A model generated the notes under the pieces. It worked only from the letters and a program-made list of their open reading frames with translations. It had not been told where the DNA came from and did not search any database. The position numbers and the translations under genes were made by a program. A DNA stretch of 64,000 bases from Octopus bimaculoides (lineage: Eukaryota). Location: the NCBI RefSeq assembly GCF_001194135.2, contig NC_068988.1:38163193-38227192 (forward strand), given 5' to 3'. Position 1 is the stretch's first letter. Each line of letters begins with the position of its first letter. This document shows, piece by piece, positions 1-11,777 of the stretch.

Positions 1-310
1 CGTTGTGAGTGTTTATTAGGTCACTACATTAAGCTCCACGAGGCTCCTGCAGGGGATGGTGGCGAACCCTGCTGTACTCTTTCACCACAACTTTCTCTCA
101 CTCTTACTTCTTGTTTCTGTTGTACCTGTATTTCAAAGGGTCAGCCATGTCACTGTGTCACGCTGAATATCCCCGAGAACTACGTTAAGGGTACACGTGT
201 CTGTGGAGTGCTCAGCCACTTGCACGTTAATTTCACGAGCAGGCTGTTCCATTGATAGGATCAACTGGAACCCTCTACGTCGTAAGCGACGGAGTGCCAA
301 CAACAACAAC
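1..310 (+). mobile_element. tRNA-derived SINE, family A (head cut by window edge)
   Basis: Reverse complement of the complete copy at 46712-47042; ends in (CAA)n tail. Confidence 0.8.
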
Positions 311-924
311 AGAGCACTGGGGTTGATGATATCAACTTGCTCACTCCCCACAAAATTGCTGGCTTTGTTCCAAAATGTTAAACCAATATATGTATATGTA
401 TGTATACATATACATATACATGTATCATTGTATATAAAGTAACACTGCCTACAGGATTTGAACACTGTGTCTGTTGTATACTGCATAGCTATTCTAATCA
501 CAACACCAAAGTTACGTCACAGATTTGACCACCCACAATATTATTTTACTGATGTATGTCAGAAAAAGATGTACACAACAGTGGAAAGAAACAGATAAAC
601 CACCGAGCAGTTCAATGAAGACTACCTTATGGCATTTATTCTGCCTCAGTTGCTTAAACATTTCTTTGTTCCTGTTGTTGTTATAAATACAGTAAACCAA
701 TGATTGGTTTGTTGGAAACCAATAGCAAATGATGCTATTGTTTGCAAAAAATGCATGATACAAACAAAAATATATAATTACTTGTGGCATTCAGATGAAA
801 TCATAACATAGCAAATAAATTGATGAAGCAATAATTACAATACAGCAATATTGTTGAACATGTTGCTACATTCAATATTCCTTCTATTGTAGCTACACCC
901 CTAAATTAACATCATTATCATAGG

Positions 925-1479
925 CACCCTAAGAAACCTCTATGTGGTCAATGAATCAACTAGAAATAGAAGCCAAATCTCCTACAAATCATACCTTATT
1001 ATCTAAAACAGGGATTCTCAACCATTTTTTATCCATGGACTCCTTTCATTACTATTTTATTCTGGTAGACCCTCATAAAACTAGTTTTATAGAAACTTCT
1101 ATCAAAATTTCTATTTTGTTTTTCACATATTAACTTGTGTAGTTTGGACTATGTAAAATATCAGAGAAAGAAACTTAGTTCGTTTCTTGCAGTACATACC
1201 AGTACATACATCTAAAGCAAGATTTTTTCAAGGGATCTCCAATTTACAATTTTATTGTGTGAAGCCCAAAAATCTTATGTGGACCCTCAGGGGCCTTATG
1301 GAACCTGGTTGAGAACCACTGATCTAAAAGAAAGTGGAAGAACACATATTACATTATATAGTTCTGGATGCATCATGTTTGAAAACAATAATATTGATGG
1401 TCATGGTTGGACCACCTTTAAGTCTAGGTCTGCTGAATCATGGCTTATGTAACAGCATCTTTATCTGATTAATCTAGAC
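925..1479 (+). repeat. Unclassified interspersed repeat (family J), interrupted by a hAT MITE
   Basis: CTCTATGTGGTCA..CTAGAAATAG(C/A)AGCCAAA motif recurs near 45790, 48640 and 62740. Confidence 0.55.
1009..1321. mobile_element. hAT (Buster/Charlie-like) MITE
   Basis: TIRs CAGGGATTCTCAACC / GGTTGAGAACCACTG; perfect 8-bp TSD ATCTAAAA at 1001-1008 and 1322-1329. Confidence 0.9.
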
Positions 1480-1615
1480 CAGTGATTCCCAACCATTTTT
1501 TTACGTATGGACCCTTTTGCTTCCTATTTTATTCAGGTGGTCCCTCAGAACCATCCAATGTTTTAAAAGAATCCCATCATATTTTTATAATTAAATATTA
1601 GAAATTGTATAAAAA
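1480..1615. mobile_element. Truncated second copy of the hAT MITE (left end only)
   Basis: CAGTGATTCCCAACCATTTTT start similar to 1009 copy, preceded by ATCTAGAC; no right TIR found. Confidence 0.65.
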
Positions 1616-2500
1616 CTCTGAAGATGGCCGCAAGTGTGGTCAAGAGTTCGCTTAACCTGTCTTCTCCAAATATTCTCTGTGAAATATTACACTCAGTCTC
1701 ACTCTAAACATTAATACAAATCATTAAGGATCAATCTGAATGAGTCAACATCGATTTGTTTGCCAGTTGTTTGCTTAACAAAGCATGTTTTCTTGAAAAT
1801 CAGAATCCCAATGTATTTGTGCATGTTTCTCCTTGTGTATATTACACCCCAACCTCGACACTCAGGCACACACTCACAAACACACATACAGATATATGCT
1901 TGTGTTTCTGTTTACAAATATATATTTACATATGTCATATATATATGGTAGGAATATATTGCACTGGTATGAAAACACACACACACACTTAAACGTGCAT
2001 GTGCATACATATATACATACATATATGCATACACACACACACACATTGTATAGGTAATATCACACATGTGATGATAAGCATGTGATGATAAGCATGTGAT
2101 GATAAGCATGTGATGAACATAGAGGAGGACAGCTATATAAACAAATGCTTCACTCTCTAAGTGAATAGAACCTATGGAAGGGATAGACTGAGGAAGTAGA
2201 TGATGGGGTGGTGGAGATTGACCTGAAGCACTAGCATGGGCGGGGGACGTTAGGAGTGGTCTGCTCCAGGTGACACTTTTAAGGACACTTTTAAAGGTTA
2301 TTGGTGCCATGTAAGTCACAAGAAGACCTGTGGAATTGTAGTGAAACAAATGTTGAAATTGTTGTAATGGATGCCAAAAAACATATATTAGTTTATCAGA
2401 TACATTTCTTTGTGTTTATTTTTTCCATTTATTTTCATGTTTTTTGAATTAACAGGAAAAATATTTTTCTGGAAGCATTTTATGGATTTCTTTTTTGTAG

Positions 2501-2737
2501 CTTTATTTCTCCTCAGTAAAACAGACAAAAGAATTCCTCAAGAAGTGTTTCAAAGACTTAGATGAAATGCCAGCTGACCCTGGCAAGGGCAGACCCATAC
2601 AGGATGTGAAAGAACTCCAGTACAGAGGGAGGTGTGATGAGACTGCATCAAGATTGCTGCAAGCAAATTTGAAAAGGCCTGAGCAACTGTGGTGGATGCG
2701 AAGTTACAAAGAGAAGAACCCTTATCATGATCCCTAA
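2501..2737 (+). CDS. Probable terminal coding exon of an unidentified host gene (LYFSSVKQTKEFLKKCFKDLDEMPADPGKGRPIQDVKELQYRGRCDETASRLLQANLKRPEQLWWMRSYKEKNPYHDP*)
   Basis: T-rich tract with AG at 2499-2500 (alternative AG 2515-2516); 78 open codons of normal complexity ending TAA 2735-2737; no repeat similarity; protein not recognised. Confidence 0.55.
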   Translation, partial: LYFSSVKQTKEFLKKCFKDLDEMPADPGKGRPIQDVKELQYRGRCDETASRLLQANLKRPEQLWWMRSYKEKNPYHDP

Positions 2738-5200
2738 AGACTACCCCAAAGCTTGTTGTTCAAGGATCAGTTTACATAGCTTTTTAAGGCTTTGTCCTTT
2801 TTTTCACATGAGATTTAGTTTAGACTTGAAGAACTGCCCTCCTCCTCCTCCACCTCCACCACCACCNNNNNNNNNNNNNNNNNNNNNNNNNNNNNNNNNN
2901 NNNNNNNNNNNNNNNNNNNNNNNNNNNNNNNNNNNNNNNNNNNNNNNNNNNNNNNNNNNNNNNNNNNNNNNNNNNNNNNNNNNNNNNNNNNNNNNNNNNN
3001 NNNNNNNNNNNNNNNNNNNNNNNNNNNNNNNNNNNNNNNNNNNNNNNNNNNNNNNNNNNNNNNNNNNNNNNNNNNNNNNNNNNNNNNNNNNNNNNNNNNN
3101 NNNNNNNNNNNNNNNNNNNNNNNNNNNNNNNNNNNNNNNNNNNNNNNNNNNNNNNNNNNNNNNNNNNNNNNNNNNNNNNNNNNNNNNNNNNNNNNNNNNN
3201 NNNNNNNNNNNNNNNNNNNNNNNNNNNNNNNNNNNNCTCGAGATTGCTCCAATCTGGCCAGCCTCAAGATAAAAATAAGCTAAGAGCATTACATTTCTTG
3301 GAAGAAAGCAGCAAATGTATATGAAAACAAGGACGGAAAAAAAAAACAGAGAAATGTTACACAAATACAAATAACAGGACATAACAACAGGTGTCTTTCG
3401 ACTAAGGACAAATTAAATTAAGCTGGTGTGTGTGGAAATAAAGCCTTACGGCAGGGACATAAGATTTAACAAGCACAAGAAGGAATATAGATGTTGCACA
3501 GACAGTAGTCCAACCAAAAAAGAAAGGTCAGGTCTGACCGAACACCGGTCACGTGGGGAGAAGAGAGAGAAAGGTAGAGGCAGAGGGATAGAAGAATTAA
3601 GGAAGAGTAAGAAAACGATGAAAGAGACACAGTGAAGTGAAAGAGGGAAAGTGAGCATGGAGAGAATGCCAGGAAATGTGAGAGAGGGGGAACGAAAGAA
3701 CGAAGAGTGGAATGAACAAAGTGTGAAAGGGCTGATAGAAAGAAGGAAAGAATGAAAGAATACAAAGAACAATAGAGTTGTACAAAATTTAGATATATAT
3801 ACTTACATATAAGAGACCAAAGTGTATGTACTCTGCTGTATTTTATATATCAAAAATACAAAAATGGGATAAGAACACATATAAATATATATGTATATAT
3901 ATAACAAAAATATAAATGGAGAAAATCACATCTTTAATTGGTGATTCCCCTATATAATACCGGCAATCGTTTCTGTTGTCTCAGCATATTTAGATACAGA
4001 AAATATCACTCAAATTAATGTATCTGCTAAAAAAGCTTGTTAACACAACATTATCAAGGCAATCCAAAATTGGTTAAATTCAAGGTGAACTACTGAAATA
4101 TCTCTTGTAGATGAATGCATACAAAAAGAATGTGAAGAAGAAATATAATATTCTAAGAAAAGTTAGTTTGGTATTCAACTTTTGGTGATGTTGGTGGATA
4201 ATGAAAGAATAAAAAAATAAACATACAAATTCAATGTTGTGACAATTAGAAACGTAGAGATTCTATATCATGACAATTAGTTATTTATCTATCAAATATG
4301 CTCAACATTTTTAGAAAAATTATGCTTATTATATCATACGAAAATTAATTATGATTAAGAATTGAAATATTTAAATGCTTTTCAAAATTTGTGACCGCAT
4401 TTGAATGTAAAATTACCATCGAAATTTTTAAAATTTTAATTTAGAAATAATTATATAACACATTTTCTCAAGGCAAAAATCACATTTAGAATTGCCAGTA
4501 TTGGACGATGGTGTGTAATTAATAACGAACCGCTTTAAATCATACTTAATGTTCTTATCTTTCAAATCCTAAAGGTGTTTCCTATCTGATTATTTGATAT
4601 AGTTAACCAAATTCATTTAACACTGAAGTGCTATATTGATATCTGCCTGGGTATTTTAATCCCTATTCTTNNNNNNNNNNNNNNNNNNNNNNNNNNNNNN
4701 NNNNNNNNNNNNNNNNNNNNNNNNNNNNNNNNNNNNNNNNNNNNNNNNNNNNNNNNNNNNNNNNNNNNNNNNNNNNNNNNNNNNNNNNNNNNNNNNNNNN
4801 NNNNNNNNNNNNNNNNNNNNNNNNNNNNNNNNNNNNNNNNNNNNNNNNNNNNNNNNNNNNNNNNNNNNNNNNNNNNNNNNNNNNNNNNNNNNNNNNNNNN
4901 NNNNNNNNNNNNNNNNNNNNNNNNNNNNNNNNNNNNNNNNNNNNNNNNNNNNNNNNNNNNNNNNNNNNNNNNNNNNNNNNNNNNNNNNNNNNNNNNNNNN
5001 NNNNNNNNNNNNNNNNNNNNNNNNNNNNNNNNNNNNNNNNNNNNNNNNNNNNNNNNNNNNNNNNNNNNNNNNNNNNNNNNNNNNNNNNNNNNNNNNNNNN
5101 NNNNNNNNNNNNNNNNNNNNNNNNNNNNNNNNNNNNNNNNNNNNNNNNNNNNNNNNNNNNNNNNNNNNNNNNNNNNNNNNNNNNNNNNNNNNNNNNNTAT

Positions 5201-5595
5201 AGGTGCAGGAGTGGCTGTGTGGTAAGTAGCTTGCTTACCAACCACATGGTTCCGGGTTCAGACCCACTGCGTGGCATCTTGGGCAAGTGTCTTCTACTAT
5301 AGCCTCGGGCCGACCAAAGCCTTGTGAATGGATTTGGTAGACAAAAACTGAAAGAAGCCCGTTGTATATATGTATATGTGTGTGTTTGTGTGTCTGTGTT
5401 TGGTGCCCCCCACATTGCTTGACAACTGATGCTGGTGTGTTTATGTCCCCGTAACTTAGCGGTTCAGCAAAAGAGACCGATAGAATAAGTACTAGGCTTA
5501 CAAAGAATAAGTCCTGGGGTCAATTTGCTTGAATAGAGGCAGTGCTCCAGCATGGCCACAGTCAAATAACTGAAACAAGGAAAAGAGTAAACGAG
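5201..5595 (+). mobile_element. tRNA-derived SINE, family B, full length
   Basis: A-box-like TGGCTGTGTGGT and B-box-like GGTTCAGACCC; central TTGGGCAAGTGTCTTCTACTATAGCC..GGATTTGGTAGAC..CTGAAAGAAGCCC; internal microsatellite; about 10 copies in window. Confidence 0.85.
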
Positions 5596-5667
5596 ATATA
5601 TAAGAAAATAAGATATATAAGAAAATGAGATGTCAAAGGAATAAATGATTATCTTATGAACTTCATT

Positions 5668-5748
5668 AGCTTACAGCTGTTTCTGCTATGAGATGCAGTT
5701 GACTCATAGTTGAGTGCCTGAGTAACACCTTATAGCTTCATCAGATCC
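5668..5748 (-). ncRNA. Hammerhead ribozyme-like motif (type I, Penelope-like)
   Basis: Minus strand: GGAT-CTGATGA-A-GCTATAAG..CTCATAGC-A-GAA-ACAGCTGT-A-AGCT; palindromic stem III, GUA triplet. Confidence 0.6.
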
Positions 5749-5854
5749 TCGAACATCAAATGCAATTTAATTGGGTAAAACATTTACATTTATGCATATA
5801 CATAGAAAGACATTACCAATGAGAAAACATGTATGTGAGAAATGAAATCCAAGA

Positions 5855-6015
5855 GTTCCTCCCAACCCATGCTAGTGCCATGCATAAAGCATTGGTGCTG
5901 GGGACATGTAAAAACAGACAATTGGTGCCTGGTGCAGCTCTCCAGCTTGCTAGATCATGTCAAACCACCTAACCCATGCCAGTATGGAAAACAGACGTTA
6001 AATGATGATGATGAC
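5855..6015 (+). mobile_element. RTE LINE 3' tail, diverged
   Basis: ACCCATGCCAGTATGGAAAACAGACGTTAAATGATGATG terminus shared with 31041-32843. Confidence 0.75.
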
Positions 6016-6626
6016 GATTATATATATGTGTGTGTGTGCGTGTTCATCATGCACTAACATCATGAGGTTATATAATTGATTATTCCTTATATCTTTCATG
6101 TTTTGCTTTCCTCTAGGAATATTTTTGAACTATTTGCTCAGATTCCTCAGGATTCTCATCTCCTTCCATCGTGTTTTTAAGACACATTAATATGAATGAC
6201 AAACTATGTGAACACAGTGATGATAGTTTTCGAAGACATTGCACAAACAAATGGCCAGTAACATAACAGGTGTTTGCTCTTACTGACCAACCTACACAAC
6301 GAAACAGTTCAAAGAGGATTGTGTCTTTGAAAAGTCTGTTGCCACAGGCTGTACTTTTAATGGCTGTCACATACATAACATGTCTCACAATAAATCCCTT
6401 TCTCCTTTTTCTTCTTCTCCTCTCTCAGTGTTGCTTAAGAGACTATCACAGAGAGAAGAGACAGACAGAGACTGTCATCTCACATTGGTTGTCTCCAGCA
6501 TAAATTTTGTTTTATATGATGTATTATTTACTGATTCTATCTTTATATGAATTGTAGTTCTTGTGAAGATTGTTATAGTTAATAAGTGGAGCAATAAAAC
6601 ATTTTCTATGTAAGTAAATCCCTTAA

Positions 6627-6748
6627 CCCTTTAGTTATCAGATTACTCAGTCAAATGTAATACTTATTTATTCATATAATTTTGAATTAATCACAAATTA
6701 TCTCATGGTTTCAAGATTTCGATGATGAGATTGTTTATCTTTAGAATA
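6627..6748 (+). mobile_element. piggyBac-type MITE, 5' half
   Basis: TTAA-CCCTTTAG start; similar to complete copy at 63278-63497. Confidence 0.6.
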
Positions 6749-7169
6749 AGTAGCAAATTTACCGATCTATGATGGAGGCATAAAATGAAGGAGGGAAGTC
6801 ATAACAGCAGTATGTATATATTGAGAAATGTGTAGATAGACTTGATAGTTTACTAGGTGCTGTCTTAGAGAAATCACATTATTGTTGGTGATACAGCGTT
6901 CTATTGCAGCTATATGATATGTTTGCAACTAAGTGACATGTGATGACGATTCACTCCTGAACTGAAATAGGCTCCCACATGTATCATGAGTGGTTATGTG
7001 GACCACTCTTAACGAAAGCTAGAGCTTCTTTCAACCACTACATAAGAAGTATTAAGAAAAAAATGTTATTTAAGTATTTTAGTTACTTATACTATTTTAC
7101 ACTTGTTTATACTCTTATACATTCAAAGTTCACAAATTTCCTTATTTAAATTATGAATCATATTCCTTT

Positions 7170-7500
7170 CGATAATATCAATATGATTACAAAACTTCTT
7201 TGTCGTCGATATTTCCTGTTTGGTTGACACTAATTTTCAAATTATTGGAGTCTGTTGCTCTATTCATAGTGACGTATAACTGGCTGCGTGTAAACATCAG
7301 AGAGGGTAAAAATACACCTACATGATCTAAAGTCTGGCCTTGTGCCTTGTATGCTGTGAGTGTGCAAGCGGAATCTTTAGGGTTGCTAAAAATCAAACTA
7401 AGACTTACCTCTCACTGTTCTATGCGAATAATGTCTGGATGTTCTGGTACCATGGGTTATTTTGATTGACAAAACTGAGATGTAAACAACAGCTGCATCA
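7170..7500 (-). pseudogene. Helitron Rep/Hel fragment (PIF1 helicase C-terminal motifs)
   Basis: TAYKAQGQTLDHVGVFLPSLMFTRSQLYVTMNR resembles Helitron TINKSQGQTL..VG..L..PVFSHGQLYVA.SR. Confidence 0.8.
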
Positions 7501-7639
7501 ATTAGCCATTTCGAATCCTGCTCAGGACTGACACACTTCAATAATCACTAAATAATCACACACACTGTATACTGATACACACTTTTTCCATTTTATTTTT
7601 GCTATTAACTGCCCTCGCGACTTCAAATCTATGATGGGG

Positions 7640-8233
7640 CCATGAACTATACAATGGAAATCCAGAGTTACTCATGGTCAGTGAATTTTTAATAAAAATG
7701 CGAAGGTGGTTTATCAATTCAAAAAATCAATATCCACAAAATAATCATACTTTCTGATTTTTTAATGCTAAAAACCTTTCTGACGACCATTTTTGTAATC
7801 TTGAAAAATATTGTAACCATTGGTCCAGCCGTCTGGCCATGAAGAGGAAACAGACAAGAGAGATAGACAGACATAATGCCCATAGTAAGATAGCAAATAT
7901 AGTAAAATAGCAAATTTGTAAGATAGCAAATTTTATAGTAAGATAGCAAATTTGCCCATCTATGATGGGAAATAAGGGCATAGTATCACAAATCTAAACC
8001 CTCTAAATACACGAACTATACGGGGGGNNNNNNNNNNTTGCTGGAATTTTAACAAAAAAAAAAAATCAAAGGTGATTTATTAATACAAAACTCAATATCC
8101 ACTAAATAATCAAACTTTTTCACATTTTTTTTTCACTAGAAACCTTCCTGATTACCTCCTTCATAATCCCCAAAAACATCGTGACCACTGGTTCAGCCAT
8201 TTGACTGTGGAAAGGGAACAGACAGATGAACAT
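7640..8233 (-). mobile_element. Two tandem non-autonomous Helitron-like elements (tentative)
   Basis: Two similar units (about 7660-7890 and 8040-8233) each ending on + in CAGACAGA..ATAGTAAGAT (minus-strand TC start); terminal TAGTAAGATAGCAAAT reiterated 7882-7955. Confidence 0.4.
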
Positions 8234-8339
8234 AACGCACATTATAGTAAGATGTTGTAGGGCAGGTGTAAGAAGCCAAATCTAGCTGGTTTGAACATAA
8301 AGAAGTGTAATATTTAGGCTGAATATGGCAGAGAAACTC

Positions 8340-8880
8340 ATGAACGAGGAGAGCATGGTGAAGAATCCAGTTCTTAAAAGTCCTCCCTCATGCACTTCAA
8401 AACTTCACAGTTGAACTCTCAATTGATGGTCTGACCCTGGGGGACAAATTCTCGATACACAATACCATATTTTCAAGGGTGACGTTCATGGCAGGTCTTT
8501 CAGATCGCTCATTGTCTTCTAGGGGCGTTCTTCCACTTTTGAAGCATCTGTTCCACTCAAAACAGTGCATATGACCCATTGCCTCATCGCCATAATCTTG
8601 CCAAAGCATGCTCAATGTCTCTGTAGCAGACTTCCCAAGTTTAATGCAAAATTTAACATTGGCTCTTTGCTCCAGCTTCCTGACCATGACAAAATCGCAG
8701 ACTACAGCATACACGGAACAAAAACACAAATTTCACAACTTGTGAAGTAAACACAGCTATGTCACTTGGCACACTGCCTCATGAAGATCACTGCTAGCTC
8801 TCACTGTGCACACAACCATGTGCTGTCATCTGTTGGTGCACTACAGAACTAGTCCAGGAACTTTTTGATACCACCTTGTA
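8340..8880 (-). mobile_element. mariner remnant (TIR plus N-terminal HTH), inserted in a piggyBac-type MITE
   Basis: LEQRANVKFCIKLGKSATETLSML..EWNRCFKSGRTPLEDNERSERP; TIR AGGAACTTTTTGATACCACCTTG+TA; MITE end AATGCCAAAGGG-TTAA resumes after the TA. Confidence 0.8.
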
Positions 8881-9019
8881 AATGCCAAAGGGTTAAAGAC
8901 AAAATTTGCTGACATCTCTGCACATGTTCCATATAAGTTAATCCTTTACATACCAATATTTTTTTTTATAATTCTTAGAATATATACTAATACAAGTACA
9001 CCATTAATTTTCTGGAGTC

Positions 9020-9425
9020 TTAGGGGATGTGGGTTTGAGTCCCATGGCAGTTTGTTGACAACTTTTCTGCCTTGTAAGGGTTTAACCATTATTTCTGCTG
9101 TTCCAATGGCAATATTGCATTAAAAAAAATATCATCTTATTGCATCGTACATTATACATTTTGATGCTTCTAATAAAGACAAATTTAAGTTTGTTTACAA
9201 TTACATACACGTGGTTGTTCAATAAGCTATTTAGCATCTAAATCAGTGAATGAATTTGTCAGCGGGCAGTTTAGCTTAATGGTAATGCACTCAGATTGAG
9301 TTTTGGGCAATGAGGGTTTGATTCCTATGGCTGTTTGTTGACAGCTTTTTCCTCCTTGTAAGGGTATTTACCCATTATGTCTGATGTTGAAATGGCAGTG
9401 CTGCATTCAAAAAACTATCATCTTA
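9020..9425 (+). repeat. Two diverged direct copies of an old SINE-like repeat
   Basis: 9020-9140 and 9300-9425 share GGGTTTGA.TCC.ATGGC.GTTTGTTGACA..TTGTAAGGGT..ATCATCTTAT; tRNA-like head near 9260. Confidence 0.5.
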
Positions 9426-9480
9426 TACATACATACATACATACATACATACATACATACATACACATATATATATATAT

Positions 9481-9682
9481 ATCATCATCATCATCAGCGT
9501 TTAACGTCCGCTTTCCATGCTAGCATGGGTTGGACGATTTGACTGAGGACTGGTGAAACCGGATGGCAACACCAGGCTCCAGTCTGATTTGGCAGAGTTT
9601 CTACAGCTGGATGCCCTTCCTAACGCCAACCACTCAGAGAGTGTAGTGGGTGCTTTTACGTGTCACCCGCATGAAAACGGCC
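9481..9682 (-). mobile_element. RTE LINE 3' tail (runs into gap)
   Basis: (CAT)n-CGTTTAACGTCCGCTTTCCATGCTAGCATGG..GGATGCCCTTCCTAACGCCAACC. Confidence 0.85.
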
Positions 9683-10157
9683 NNNNNNNNNNNNNNNNNN
9701 NNNNNNNNNNNNNNNNNNNNNNNNNNNNNNNNNNNNNNNNNNNNNNNNNNNNNNNNNNNNNNNNNNNNNNNNNNNNNNNNNNNNNNNNNNNNNNNNNNNN
9801 NNNNNNNNNNNNNNNNNNNNNNNNNNNNNNNNNNNNNNNNNNNNNNNNNNNNNNNNNNNNNNNNNNNNNNNNNNNNNNNNNNNNNNNNNNNNNNNNNNNN
9901 NNNNNNNNNNNNNNNNNNNNNNNNNNNNNNNNNNNNNNNNNNNNNNNNNNNNNNNNNNNNNNNNNNNNNNNNNNNNNNNNNNNNNNNNNNNNNNNNNNNN
10001 NNNNNNNNNNNNNNNNNNNNNNNNNNNNNNNNNNNNNNNNNNNNNNNNNNNNNNNNNNNNNNNNNNNNNNNNNNNNNNNNNNNNNNNNNNNNNNNNNNNN
10101 NNNNNNNNNNNNNNNNNNNNNNNNNNNNNNNNNNNNNNNNNNNNNNNNNNNNNNNNN

Positions 10158-10192
<35 letters not shown>

Positions 10193-10203
10193 ATATATAT
10201 ATA

Positions 10204-10410
10204 ATCCCCCCAAAATAAAGAAAAAAACACAAGAAAAACAACAACATAAGGACGTGGTACATGCAAAGTATTAAAAGATGCCCAGAGAAGGAAAGAAGGA
10301 AAGAAAGGGTGTTTTACGTTTCAAACAAAGCTCTTCTTCAGAAACGGGAGACAGAAGAAAGTCCAAGAGAAAAGGGGGTGGGAGAAAACAAATCACCAAC
10401 AATCCACATG
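10204..10410 (-). mobile_element. Penelope-derived terminal repeat (family F) with hammerhead motif at 10311-10345
   Basis: Minus strand GTTT-CTGAAGA-A-GAGC-TTT-GTTT-GAA-ACGT-A-AAAC; flanks shared with 12655 and 49415 copies; abuts (TA)n. Confidence 0.65.
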
Positions 10411-10437
10411 TAGTTACATTTTACACACACACACACA

Positions 10438-10790
10438 TATATCATCATCATCATCATCATCATCGTTTAATGTCTGCTTTCCATTCTGGTATGGGTTGGA
10501 CGATTTGACTGAAGACTGGAGAACCAGATGGCTGCACCAGGCTCCAATCTGATCTGGCAGAGTTTCTACAACTGGATGCCCTTCCTAATGCCAACCACTC
10601 TGAGAGTGTAGTGGGTGCTTTTACGTGCCACCGGCATGAGAGCCAGTCAGGCGGTACTGGCAATGGCCACACTCAAATGGCGTATTTTACGTGCCACCTG
10701 CATAGGAGCCAGTCCAGTGGCACTGGCAATGACTTCGCTTGAATACTTTTTCATGTGCCACCAGCACAAGTGCCAGATATACATATATGT
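10438..10790 (-). mobile_element. RTE LINE 3' tail with three UTR modules
   Basis: Same terminus; repeated TTTTACGTGCCACC modules. Confidence 0.85.
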
Positions 10791-10791
10791 A

Positions 10792-10834
<43 letters not shown>

Positions 10835-10889
10835 ATATATACACACATATATATATATACATGCACCAGCATGGCATCAAGGCAGTGCC

Positions 10890-11170
10890 CCAGCGTAAAT
10901 GCAGTCTCATGACTGAAGCAAGTTAATGATAAAAGATTACTGTCTCTTTGCCTTGACATGATGTGAATGAATGTTACCAGCATGCAAGCAATTTCCTTCC
11001 TTCATCTTCCAAGGAAACATGCCTGGTTAGGTGGTATTATTACATTACTTGGAGATAGGTGAGGGTTGGTAACAGGAAAGGCATCTGGTTGTAGGAAATC
11101 CACCTCAACAAAGTTGGGTCTAACCTATTCAAGTGGATAATGTTGAAACAATGACGATGACGACGACGAC
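10890..11170 (+). mobile_element. SINE family H body with RTE-derived 3' end
   Basis: GGGTTGGTAACAGGAAAGGCATCTGG..(GAT/GAC)n; body similar to 24430-24565 and 43150-43375. Confidence 0.55.
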
Positions 11171-11268
11171 AATGATGATGATTGTGTTGGTGGTGGTGAT
11201 GATGATGGTAGTGATGATGATGATGATGGTGATGGCGGTGGTGGTAGTGATGCTAGTGGAGATGATGG

Positions 11269-11302
<34 letters not shown>

Positions 11303-11455
11303 GGTGTTGATGATGGCGATTGTGGTGGTGGTAGTGGAGATGATGAAGGCGCTGGTGTTGGTAGTGGTGGTGGTAGTGGAGATGATGATGATGGGGTAGT
11401 GGTGGTGGTGGAGGTGAAGATGGTTTTGACGATGATGATGACAATGATGACAATG
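11150..11455. repeat. Mosaic trinucleotide low-complexity tract (GAT/GGT)n
   Basis: Direct inspection. Confidence 0.9.
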
Positions 11456-11777
11456 TATACAATTCATATCTTATTTTGCTAAGAATTTTTATCCTTGATA
11501 TGGTTTCTAAAGCAGGTACAAGTGTCAGTGGTTGCACCACCAATCAATATCGATGCAGGACAAGATCAAAGTTTTTGATTCTGTATGGAAGCTATGTGAT
11601 ATCTGTTGTATTGATTAGTCAACTATTTATGATGTAAAGAAGAAGAGGAACAAAAACAAAACAAAAAAAAAACAAAACAAAAAAAAACAAACAAATTATT
11701 GAAATTCTATAAATATGGTGATTTAAAATAGCAAATGAGTATCAGGAAATCTATGAGAAGTTGGTAAGAATAATCTT

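Noticed and set aside
523-553. Possible micro-exon upstream of the 2501 exon
   Set aside because: Weak acceptor; no independent support
6117-6503. Pyrimidine tract plus AG at 6115-6116 and overlapping short ORFs
   Set aside because: All three frames after the acceptor stop within 25 codons; peptides unrecognisable
11129-11543. Poly-His/Thr/Val/Met ORFs, also at 34171-34708, 35838-36447, 46051-46312, 59328-60484
   Set aside because: Triplet slippage keeps several frames open on both strands; no splice or domain context
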